Assembly: GCA_027604505.1 (NCBI GenBank)
Contig: JADIIX010000023.1
Span: 124,001 to 188,000 of the forward strand
Length of the DNA stretch: 64,000 nucleotides
Direction of reading: 5' to 3'
From: Gonapodya sp. JEL0774
Lineage: Eukaryota
Shown here: positions 26,483-37,008 of the stretch, in pieces
Position numbering within the stretch: position 1 is the first letter of the stretch
How the letters are laid out: the number at the start of each line of letters is the position of its first letter
Notes under the pieces: model-generated
What the model was told of the DNA's origin: nothing
Databases searched by the model: none
The model's input: the letters and a program-made list of their open reading frames with translations, nothing else
Made by a program: the position numbers and the translations under genes

Positions 26483-27737
26483 ATGTCGAAGTTCAACTCT
26501 GTCTTCACAGACTCGCCAAACCAGCAGATTCCTTTGGATCCAGTGAGAACTTTTTTCGGGCTTTTCTACGTGGGGAAGAGCTGGATTCTGATTGAATAGC
26601 CTCACTCGGTCAACCAACTATTTGGTTTCTTCAATCGGTCGCTCCGCCCCGGACTGCTTCCTGCTAGAACCTGCTAGATGAGATCGAGCACAACGCGGGA
26701 GAGATGGGACAGGGCGTGCGCGAGTTTGTGCTCAAGCTCAACGGAAGATTGACGCAGGTGAGAGGGCGTGGGCGAAAGCTTCCCTCGGTGGAACGGCAAT
26801 TTGGGCGACATGATACAGCTTTGGGATATCAGATGCGGGGAATCTGAAACCAAGGTAGAGAGTTGAAAGTTCGAACCGCTGAACTGTTCAAGAGAGGCTG
26901 GAGAGCCGGAAGCTTGGATGAATTTGATGCATGTGGGAGGAATGTGGAACTCTTGTTCAGAAATTTATTGCATATTGAGATATGTGCATCCCTTTGCGAG
27001 CGCCTGCTTTGTTATGGTGGCAGCAAGGGTGCCGTCGTCCAAGTCATTGACCGAAAGCAAGTGTTGTCATCTCGATTCGCTGGCCTTCTGAACGCTTTGC
27101 TACCACCCAACTGCCAAGGCTACCACCTCCACCACCTCCATGGTCCACCTACACCACTCCGCTGTCCTCGCACTCTCCGAACGGGCGCAAGCTGCAACAC
27201 AGCGACTTGGCAATCTAGTAAGCAAGGCAGAAGATTTGCACGAGGATATGGGTGCGTTACATGTCATGGCGAGACAAGTGTGAGTAGCTTGGAGAGATAT
27301 CCAGTGATACTCGCCCCGGAATCTTGTCCATTTGTATTCGGACCTTGGACAAAAGTGTCTGCACAATTGCTGCTCCTCTTATCTAAATGTTCCGCGGGCT
27401 CGGAGAAAGAGGAAGATCCAAAGTTGTCCTTGCCATCACGATGGTGACCGTCGGATGATAGGCAACGGTCCAATTTCCGTTATTGGTCGCGAAATTGGAT
27501 TGCCTACATTTTTATAGTCTACCTGACGGATTTCAGATGAGATACTAAGGTGCATTGCGGACAAGTCCCAAAAACATCATTCAATAGTGCTGTTACTATT
27601 GACAACTCTCTGGACTCCACCAACCTACACCTGTAAATATTTATTGCCAGAACAGCAAAGACCTCCTTGCCCACGTAGAATCCCTCGAAAAATCTTTTGT
27701 GGCTCACCAGACCAAATCTGCTGGTAGAGTACACTGA
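26483..27737 (+). CDS. BORCS6: BLOC-1-related complex subunit 6 (BORCS6/DUF2365)-like coiled-coil protein, 4 exons, ~130 aa
   Basis: Exons 26483-26542, 26668-26757, 27119-27279 and 27656-27737 join in frame with GT-AG sites: ...LLDEIEHNAGEMGQGVREFVLKLNGRLTQ ATTSTTSMVHLHHSAVLALSERAQAATQRLGNLVSKAEDLHEDMGALHVMARQVKDLLAHVESLEK. The heptad pattern matches my recollection of the BORCS6 C-terminal helix. Confidence 0.65.
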
Positions 27738-27901
27738 CAGTCACCCTTTTCGAGAACTGCCCTCCAACGAAAATCAAGTAGTTTGAGCATGTACATTCAT
27801 GTAAATTCCTTGATGGTTAAACGTCATCCTAACAATTACACACAGAAGAACAAGAAGAGATGTGCCACGAGGTGGCGGCGTACGGCAGTAAACAAAGCTC
27901 C

Positions 27902-30900
27902 TCATCGTGCTTTCCCTCTTTGGATTCTCTGCGGCCCTCCAGCCATACCCCCAACCGTACTCTTCACTTTCTTCCTTTTCACCGGTGTAGTTGGATCGAT
28001 AACGTCGGGTAGATAGCACAATTTGCTGAGGATGGTGGAAAACATATCAAACAGTTGCTCTTCAGCTTCACAAATCTCACTCTGCAGGACGCAAAATGCA
28101 TTTTAATCCACTGTCTACTTACGTTATTTGAACAGGTGGCTCTGGCTTCGTAGGCAAATAAGGTTCCTTTGGTGGTCGTTTGCTCAAGGCACTCCGCAGT
28201 TCCCTCGTGTTCTGTGGCCCCGCTGGATCACCCATCCATCGCTCTGAACTCACGCCAATCCTCGAGTTCGGAAACAGTAGGATACCCTCAGCTCCTCGCT
28301 CCTCCTCCACCGCACTCCCGTTGACTCTTTTCTCCTCGTCCGGGAACCTCAAAATCTCTGCCGCAAATCTCACCACGGTGGGTTCTTTTGCCACGACTCT
28401 AGACCAACTCGATTTTTGGGGTCGAGGCACAAGACCCGCTTGGACGTCGAGCATGACCTTGGTTGGAGTTGGAGGCTTCACCGAATTGACGTGCACTTCA
28501 ACCCTTCTGTACTTGCGCAAAACGCGGGCGTTACGCTCCTGGTCATGTGCATGAGGGAATGGATGGTTGAAAACAGGGAGCAAAACAATGTGTGGGTGAA
28601 ACGAATGCGAGGGTCCTCATTCGTGCAAAAGGACAGATTCCAAACACCTCGCCACTCCCGCAAACTACGAAACCACCATGTCAGAAGTTAACTCACCGCA
28701 TTCCTCGCCGCTACTTCCTTTACTCTTTCATCTGTCGTGGTTTTTTTCGCCTCACTGTTGTCCATTCCATGTCCAATAGTCCCCCTTGTTCCACGTGCTC
28801 CCAACACACCTGCCAAACCGCTCCCATCCCCACCTACACTGCGTACGAGGTTCATGACTTGTTCAAGCTCTCCAAGCACGGTGGAACACCCATTCGCATT
28901 CGCATTCACTCCATCTCCGGCACAGGGTCTCCCTACCAACTTCGCCCGACCCCGCATTCCCGTGACTGCCGCAAGGCCTGTCTCCACTCCCGCGCCATGA
29001 CCTCTACCGGCCCGCGCCGATCTCCTGATTGTCTTTTTCAATGGACTCTTCACTACATGGAACGATCGCGCAGGGGATGCAAACACTATCCCGTTCCCAG
29101 CAGGTGTGTGTGTGGACGCTACTATTGTTGTAGCATGGCTGGGTTGAAGGCTCGCCCCAACGGCTGCGATGTCACGGGCCTTGCGGGGAGCCGCACGAAC
29201 TCGGTCGAAAGCCGGCGAATCTTTCACCTTATGGAGAGCTATTGCGAATGACGACTGAAATGCGGATGTCGAAGGAGGCACGACTCGAGCCGGGGATGTT
29301 GCGGGAGCAGGACCCACAGTTGCGGGCACAGAGGCGGAAGTCGATCCACCAGTAATCGCAGTTGGCTTGACGTGTGGCGGCACCCTTGTTGCTTGTTGAA
29401 ATTTCCAGGGGGACCGAGCAACCATCGGAGTAGCACCACGGATCCGGAACGGGGATTTGAACGGGGATTTCAATCCATGCTTTTGTGCTTGAGTTGGAGT
29501 CCCAGACACCTGGGTTTGCCCGACCACCGAGACGCGGGAAGGATCGTGCCGCGGACTCGAAAAGCTTTTGACCGTCGGCGTGCTCGATTGCGGATACCCT
29601 GAGGCCGATTGGCCGGCAGATGTTGGCTGAACAGACGACTTGATGTGTGGCGCCGCAGGACTGGGCACCGGACGGATAGGTGAGCGCCCCGGGCGTGGAA
29701 GCTCCCCACGAGTGGGCATTGTGGTCGTGGTAACGTTTGCTTGGGATGGGGATGTGAGTATGGAGGGTGGTGGTTGCATATCAGCCGGGGTTGATTGCGG
29801 GTTGGGAGTCAATTTTGGTTGGGACTCAATCAGTGAAATCGTAGCAGCAGTGGACGTTACAGATGCCGCTGGTACTGGTGTAGGAACTCCTAAATCCCCG
29901 TTTTCGTGCATCTCCACCTCGCCCGCGCCACCTGCGGCAAAATTCTCGTCGGTCATCACAACATCCGTCATAGCCCCCGAATCCAAACGGATGCGTCTCG
30001 GAATCCCCGAAAACACCGCCTTGACCACTGACCCGGCCGGTTCTGATCCAAGCCTCAGCGTCTCTGACCCCACGTTCAAACCCGATTTAGTGGCCGCGAC
30101 TGGAGGAATTGGTCTCAGCGTACGTATTCCTGGTGTGGCCATACCGGTCACAGTTGCAGCGTTGACAACCCCGTCCCCAGCCTTAATGGGAGTCTTGGAA
30201 ACAATTACAATCCGTCCGGCAGGTCTCATCGATCCCCTTGCTACGCCGATGACGTTGCTGTTCGTTCTCGATGGTGTCAACGGCGCTCTTGGCGATGCGA
30301 ATCCCATCACTGTCCCGGTCAATGGTGTTGCGGTGGACTTTGTGAGCGGAGTGTTGGCCGTAGCCATGAGGTACGGATGAAAATGGTTCCCGCGCGCGTG
30401 TGGTTGCGGGTATTGGTGCGGATGCGACCTGACCGCAAACGTGTCCGAAGAGGTGGTGTTGGCCAAGGGTGTTCCGTGCTTGTCCAGGTCGGTTTGCTTC
30501 ACAGGTGTGGGTCCCACACCCACGCCAATACCCGCAACGAACGAGAACGGCGAGTTCTCGTCTCCATCCGGGTCCCGGTACTCGTACTCGTACTCTCCGA
30601 GCTTTCTTCGTGGGGGGGACATGAGGAGTCGGGTGCGTCTGTGCACGGTGTACGGTGATTGCATTTGTACAAGTGTGGGGATCTGCGTGAGTTGGATGCC
30701 AAGGTGAGACGTGGAAGGAATGAGAGCGTTAGTGGCGCGACCGAGTTCGACGTCGGGGTAGTCGGTATCGGGGTCCTCGGTTGTGTCACGGTTGTCGGGG
30801 TTGCGAACGTTGGGATTGGTGGTGGTGGGGTCGTGTACAGTGGTTGCTTCATCCCACGCACCAGAATCGGTGTCCTTCCTCTCGCCTTCAGTCACGCCAC

Positions 30901-31556
30901 GCAAACCAGTCCCTTGTTCGTGGTCGTCCTCGTTCTCATCCTGGAAAAGTTGTGCGACGTCGAGAGGGGTGATTTGAGAGGATATAGGGATTGGGTTGGA
31001 AGTGGTGATGTTGGTGAGAGGGGACGCTGGGAGCTAGCCAGGAAAGCCATTAGTTGTTTGGAGCATACGAAAAGGTTGGAGTGAGAAAGAGGGGAGCAGG
31101 GCGAGCGTACAGGGATCATTCAGAACGTTCATGCCATGAACGCCGTCACTTGCCGAATGCCTCACTCACCTCGTCGTGAGCCTGGGCAACCACATTAGCT
31201 GTTCCATGAGCGAGCGACTTCCTCCGGGACTTTTTCCCCTTTGCGGACTTTGGGGCCCGGTTAGGTTGCGCAGATGCTCCTTCCGACCGAACCGCGACGG
31301 GTCGTCTGCTCGATCGCCTGGTTGGTCCGGCCGATGAACTCTGCTTCTGATCGATAGGATCCGATCGAACATCTAAAATGGGCTGTGGTGGAGGGGATGG
31401 AAGGGGATTGATAGGGAATCGGTGGATTGAGAGGTCCAGCAGTGGCGTTGAGGTGAGATTGCCCAGATTGCCCAGATTGCCCAGATTGCCAACTGCTTGG
31501 ATTTCCTCCTCTGTTGCGAAGCGAGCGTTTGGGGGCAATCGGGCAGAGTTGGTCAT
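27902..31556 (-). CDS. Large disordered S/P/T-rich basic protein of unknown function
   Basis: A 738-aa open exon (28688-30904) is linked by GT-AG introns to exons at ~31170-31556, ~28123-28540 and 27902-~28025. It has many S/T-P-x-K/R sites and no recognisable folded domain. Confidence 0.6.
31456..31490. repeat. 9-nt tandem repeat (AGATTGCCC x ~3.9), coding (GNL)4 on the minus strand
   Basis: Directly visible: agattgccc agattgccc agattgccc agattgcc. Confidence 0.9.
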
Positions 31557-31789
31557 TGGGGTTTGGTGGGGTGGCGACAGACAGTGAAAATGCGGCGGGA
31601 TGGGGAACAGATGCAGCAATCGATCGAAATTGGGAGAGAAATAGAATAGGCGGTAGATGAATGACGTATGCAATAAGGGGTCAGCCGGAAATCGGCGCCT
31701 GGGGAAGTGGTGTTGGAGTGGAATAGAATGTTTGGAAGTGCATCGGGCAGCGGAGCTTGTGAAGAGCATCTGGTCATTCACCCAACAAA

Positions 31790-34700
31790 ATGTCTCGACC
31801 TGCCAGCCACGCGCGGTCTCCACACCCGAACCAAGCTCACCGATCCATCGATCCTGTTCCTCTGGTGCCTGCTAACGATTTCCGTCTCTTCGCGTCAGAA
31901 CTTTACTTGCTGGATGACACTGCTCCGATCCCCGTGTACCCGCCTTACAAACAGAGATGGGTATCGAACCAGGAAAACCAGACTGGACAGATGGAAATGG
32001 AGCTGGAAGAGGGCGATTTTGACTCTGCGCGAGGAAATGGAAACGGGAATGGGAACAGAAATCGCAAAGGAAACTTCACCAGCCAAGACCTTCCAGAGCC
32101 CCCTCCATCCCCATCCCACCTCCTCTTTGACCCATCACACCGATCATACTACTCCGACTCTGACGACGACGACGAGGACTCGGATTCAAACGACACAAAT
32201 GTGCCCCTCTCCCTCAAACCCTACTTTCGACCCAGACCCTGGTTGAAACAACAACTGAGACGAGCAACCGCGCTCGTGACCCCCTTTGCGAATAGACCAC
32301 ATGCGGAGGACGTGATGGCGGAGATGAACGTGATTGAAACCGGCAGAGAGAGCAGGGGGCAGCAGAGCAGCCGCGCCATCACGGGAACGGGAACGGGGTC
32401 GGAAGGGCCACGCAGGCGTGAGGGTGGATCTGTCAGACAACATAAACATGGAGGAGAAGGAGGTGATGGCGGTCGCAGTGAGGAACGCGGTTCCGCCAAA
32501 CACACCAACACACCCCCGCAATTCTACAGTCACCTCCTCGTCCTCGAATCTTTACTCTTCACTTTGGTTGATTCGGTCTTGTCGCATTATATTCTGTATC
32601 ATGTGCTTCCAAAGTCGCATCGAGAGCTGACCGGGATTGGAAACGACGGGAACGAGGAGGAAGGTGAGCAAGGATACGTGGGGGCGTTTCGGGATTCTGG
32701 CTCGAGAAGGTCGGATTGGACCTGTCTCTACGATTCGTGGGTGCTTCAAATGGGTTCGGCTTTGATTGTAAGGTCTATGTTATCGGAGCGATACACCGTC
32801 ACAAAGGGGGTAAAGGAAGTCACACAGCCCAGGTGCAGATCTGGCTCAACTGCTTTTTTGTTCATTTACATGGTAGATGTCTTGACTCACTATTGTCATA
32901 CCGGAAAGGGTAACGAGCTCATTCCACGTCGAATTTTTGTCCTCCTCGGTGGTGGTGGTGCCGCCAAGCCGTCTTCGTGTGTGCCTAGCATCCTTCACCC
33001 ATCCACCACTCTTCACATCCCCAACCAACCCCATTCAGGATCACCCCCAGTCGCTCTCACTATGTGCTTCCCGCATGCCGCCAAAACCCTCGTCGAGCTC
33101 CTGGACTCCCTCGGCCACGTCATGGCGTTCCGCCGTCGCCGTTCGTCGCCGTTCGATATCCGCTTGTCCGACGACGAGTTGGCCAGACAGATCGTTGCGG
33201 AACGGGCCGAGGAGATTGACCGAGTGACGAAAGAGGTCGTGGAGGAGTGGAAGCACATGGAAGCGAAACGGTTGTTGGCGCTGGTGGAGGGATGTTGGAC
33301 CGCGGTGGGAGGTGAGTTGTGTAATGTGGCGTGGTGATGTGCTGCATTGATGGGTGAAGCATTGTTCAACACACTTTTGGAATCGAGAGGTGTATGCTCG
33401 AGTTGAGGGGTTTGATTATTGGAGACGGTGCACACGGGACGCTCGTGGACCAAAAAAGTCGCGAACCCCTATGTGCGGTGGATAAGCAGAGGGTGCACAG
33501 ACGGATGGTCGTAGACGAAGGAGATTGCGTGGTCCCCTCCGAGAAGGATGAGAAAATTCATTCGAAGCTGGAGGTGGATGCATCCGTTTGCCCGAGACCG
33601 TGGCTGCTCCTTTTGTGGCATGCTGACGAGCCAAACGGTGCCAACTGCGAAATGTAACTTGCACCAAACTGGAAGCACACTACCAACACGCAGAGGGTTC
33701 AAATCTCTCACCCTTTTGCCGTCACTTGCCGACATGTTCCCGTCCTCTCTCTGATATTCTTCATCACCCAGAATTTATTGCCTTCCACGGTCTCCCTTCT
33801 CACCAAGCCGCCACTCCCTCCTCATTCAGTTCCCCCATCCCGATTCCCGCTCCCACACCTTTCCTCCGCGACACCCCCCCGCACCTCCGTCTCTCCCATC
33901 TCCCCCTCCTCTATAACCTCGCCGATCTCTGCACCGCCATTTTCATCACCCCGTACACCGTTCCCAGACCAGAGTGGTACGGTGCTTCAATATTCCCTCC
34001 CGCCAGTGAACGTCGAATGCCCACGGTATCCCCTTCCCCATCGAATTCCCCATCGCCGTGTGTCTTTGTTGCAAAGTTGGGCGCCGTTCCTACTAGCTGG
34101 GAACTCCAGGACGCAGTGAACCGGTTCGTGTGGGTCGGAGCGGAAGGTGCGGCATGGTTTGGTGCCGGGCGGAGGAACGAGCAAAAGATGACTGAAAGGA
34201 GGCGGGAGAGGAGGGTGGAGTGGAGAATAAGAAGGGCTGAGAGGGCCGAGAGGACTGGGAGGGTCGGGGACGACGTGGATGCAGGGGGCGGGGATGGGGA
34301 TAGGGATGGGGAGGAGAGTGAAGAGGTTGGGGATGATATTGAAGATGCCAAAGAACACGTGAGGGAGACACTCAAGACAGAATGGTTTGATATGTTGCTG
34401 GATTTCCAGACTCAGGTGCGTTGTGCCGTGATCTTTTTATTGCCCTAATATCTTCGATGTAAGGCTTGTCCTTGATTCCATTAAATATCGACACCTGCCG
34501 CATCCCGCCTACTTCAGGTCGCCATCTCCACCCTCCTCCACGCCCATACCTCTGCGCGGAACGGAACAGGCGGGTCCCGTACCTTCATCCCGACCTCCTC
34601 CTCTTTCGTAGAATCGGTGGTGCGGGAAACCTTTGCCAAGCCAGATGTAGAGGAGTACGAGGGACTTAAGGGTCTGGTTGAGAGGACCGTAATGAGGAAT

Positions 34701-35600
34701 TATAAATATGAGAGAGAACAACGAGTCAAGGTGGGTTTCTGGTTCTTGCACGGGGTACTGGGGTGAGATTGACACTCGCGCGGTAACAACCCCATTTCAG
34801 CTGTTTCTCACCCACCTCTTGCCACCGGGTGTTGTTCCGGCCGGTCCCTCCTCTACGTCTGTCCCAGCCGTCCCTCTTATACCGCTCATAAGCCTTCAAG
34901 CACTCTTCCCGTACGCTTCATTTCGGAAGACACTGGCTGATTATTTGCGCATGGTATGGCTGGAATTGGGTGGACGGCCAATGACGAAGGAGGAAGCGGA
35001 GAATGGACCAGCTAGTTGGGGACGCGGTGTGTTGATGAAGGTAGGTTGGATGTGGACAGTGGACTAGACAGGTTTCTGTCCTGGTTTGTCAAAGTGGACT
35101 GGATTTGGTCTGACGCTACAATCTTTTTGTTCACACGTAATGACCTCATCTGGGATACCCTCACATTTCAGTGTGTTCACGAATCCTTGACAAACAGTGG
35201 TAATTGTCCATGGTTCCTCCCAGGTGCCAATCACCATTCGTCTACCATTGAAGTGAAAGCGAAAACGAAACGTTCTGGATCCGCACCTGTTTCGGCATCA
35301 GAGTCGGTGGCGACGCACAGGCCGCTGAAGGGGTCGAATGATGGAGAGCGGCGAGCGGGCGGGTCAGGCGGAGCGATTTCGAATCGTGGAGTATCTGGAG
35401 GATCACCGGTGGCGAATTCTTCACCGGGTAATCAACCGGGGCCTGTACAAGTGGCCCCGAAGGGGAACCATGGCAGGGTTGATGGAGCTCCCGCTAGAGT
35501 AGAAGCTCGGTCAACCGGTGCGGCCCGCAAGAGGCTATTGGAGGCCTCGGAGTCGGACGGAGAGGAGAAGAGGAGGAAGGCTGTGGTGCGGGGGCACTGA
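31790..35600 (+). CDS. TRFH (telomere repeat-binding factor dimerisation, Tbf1/Taz1-type) domain protein, multi-exon
   Basis: Ordered motifs LYNLADLCTAIF, WELQDAVNRFVWV, FDMLLDFQTQ|VAISTL, VESVVRETF and LQALFPYASFRKTLADYL parallel the fungal TRF-domain pattern (NLATFVSS.F / FLELKTQAYIS / L..LFP / Y.W..F...L..YL). The gene itself is well supported; the domain call is by eye. Confidence 0.55.
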
Positions 35601-35774
35601 TGAACTTTGGGAGTTTGATTTTGAGACAGTATGATTAACTTGATAGCCGTGATCGTGCTTTCTGATTTTGCATCATCGTGAAGTCACCTGGGTCGCCAAC
35701 CACTACATAATACAAAGGTGTCAAGTACTGTGTGAACTAATGGCAAACCTGCGGATGTTGATGCGATTCCACCG

Positions 35775-36921
35775 ATGTCCCCATTCAACCCACGCACGCG
35801 ACGGTTCTTTGTTCTTCTTCTCATTGTCTTTGGTGCACTAGTGTTCTGGGCCTTCAGTTGGGACAAGCGTCTCGCCTATCCTTTGCAGGCCGGGCGATCA
35901 TATTTCCATCCCGATGGCACACCTGCAGTAACGGTCGATGCCTTCGCCGCTAGGAAGAATAGTGATGGTCGGCTCGAGGTGTGATGTCCCTTTTCGCTGG
36001 TTGCTACCAATTCGCGAGATGGCGATCTGACCGTCATCCATATACATATGTAGATTCTCCTAGTCCAACGACGCTACCCACCATACCTCAACACATGGGT
36101 TGTTCCAGGTAAGTTGAAGGCGCGTCATTTCTACATCATCATTCCTCGAAATCAATCGTCCGTCTGGCGCTTGGTAGGTGGATTCGTGGAGGTACATTTT
36201 GGGCACAGCACACATGGACTGAACTCAAGAGCCCTAAACTGATGTTTTTGACGGTCTATTTAATGGGGAGTACGGAGAGGATCCAATTTTGGCGGTGAAG
36301 AGAGAGCTCGAGGTGTGTCCACGATTGGAAAGTTTCAAATGCTTCTATCGACATCTTTCGGAATATGTCAGGAGGAAACTGGAATCCTCACATCGACAAG
36401 TTTGCGACCACAAGTATTCACAGTTGATGGTGACCCCTCTCGAGATCCTCGTGGTCATGGTGTGACCATTGCATACGCTGTGCTTGTGAGTGTTGTCTGG
36501 ATTCGGGCTGGTCCCCTACTGTTTCTCACAAAGATTCTTCTCCATTCTTGTAAAATGAAAGGTCGAGAAGTCTCAAATGGAGCGCATTGCTGGGTCAGAC
36601 GATGCGAAGACCGCGAGATGGGTGGACTTGCTAGGTCTCTTTGCGAAGTTCTGCAAGTGCTCGATCAAACAACCTGAGTATCATTTTTTCACGCCCAATT
36701 CAGATTTAGTCGTGAAGGGATTTGTGGGGTCTTCTACCGACGAAAATCCCACCGAAATACGTTTCAGTGGATCACGAATTGAGGACGATCAAGTGGCAAC
36801 TGGGTTTGATCACCTGTCCATGATCAAATTCTTTGCTAAATGGCTCGAATCATCAAACAAGAACTTGGCGTGGGTTGTGAATGGTAGAGAAGATGACCTA
36901 CTTATCGACGACGAAGAGTGA
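35775..36921 (+). CDS. Nudix hydrolase (ADP-ribose pyrophosphatase-like) with N-terminal signal anchor, multi-exon
   Basis: The spliced Nudix box is GGFVEYGEDPILAVKRELEEETGI. Flanking motifs are PAVTVDA, ILLVQRRYPPY..WVVPG, GDPSRDPRGHGVTIAY and AGSDDAKTARW. The N-terminus is hydrophobic: RRFFVLLLIVFGALVFWAF. Confidence 0.88.
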
Positions 36922-37008
36922 ATGTGCTTCTATCATCACAGAATCAAGCACAATAATAATCATCTCCTTCGCATCACGATTAAATATTATGGCGAATGAC
37001 TATAATAA

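Noticed and set aside
27218..27223. GTAAGC as a splice donor
   Set aside because: The frame continues through it as VSKAEDLHEDM, which fits the coiled-coil family pattern.
27517..27550. Possible selenocysteine exon (TAG|TCT ACC TGA CGG...) in the BORCS6-like gene
   Set aside because: Reading exon 3 through to the GTGAGT donor at 27280 gives a complete stop-free protein without it, and I recognised no SECIS element.
31456..31490. CRISPR-like or telomeric repeat
   Set aside because: It is a spacerless 9-nt coding tandem repeat.
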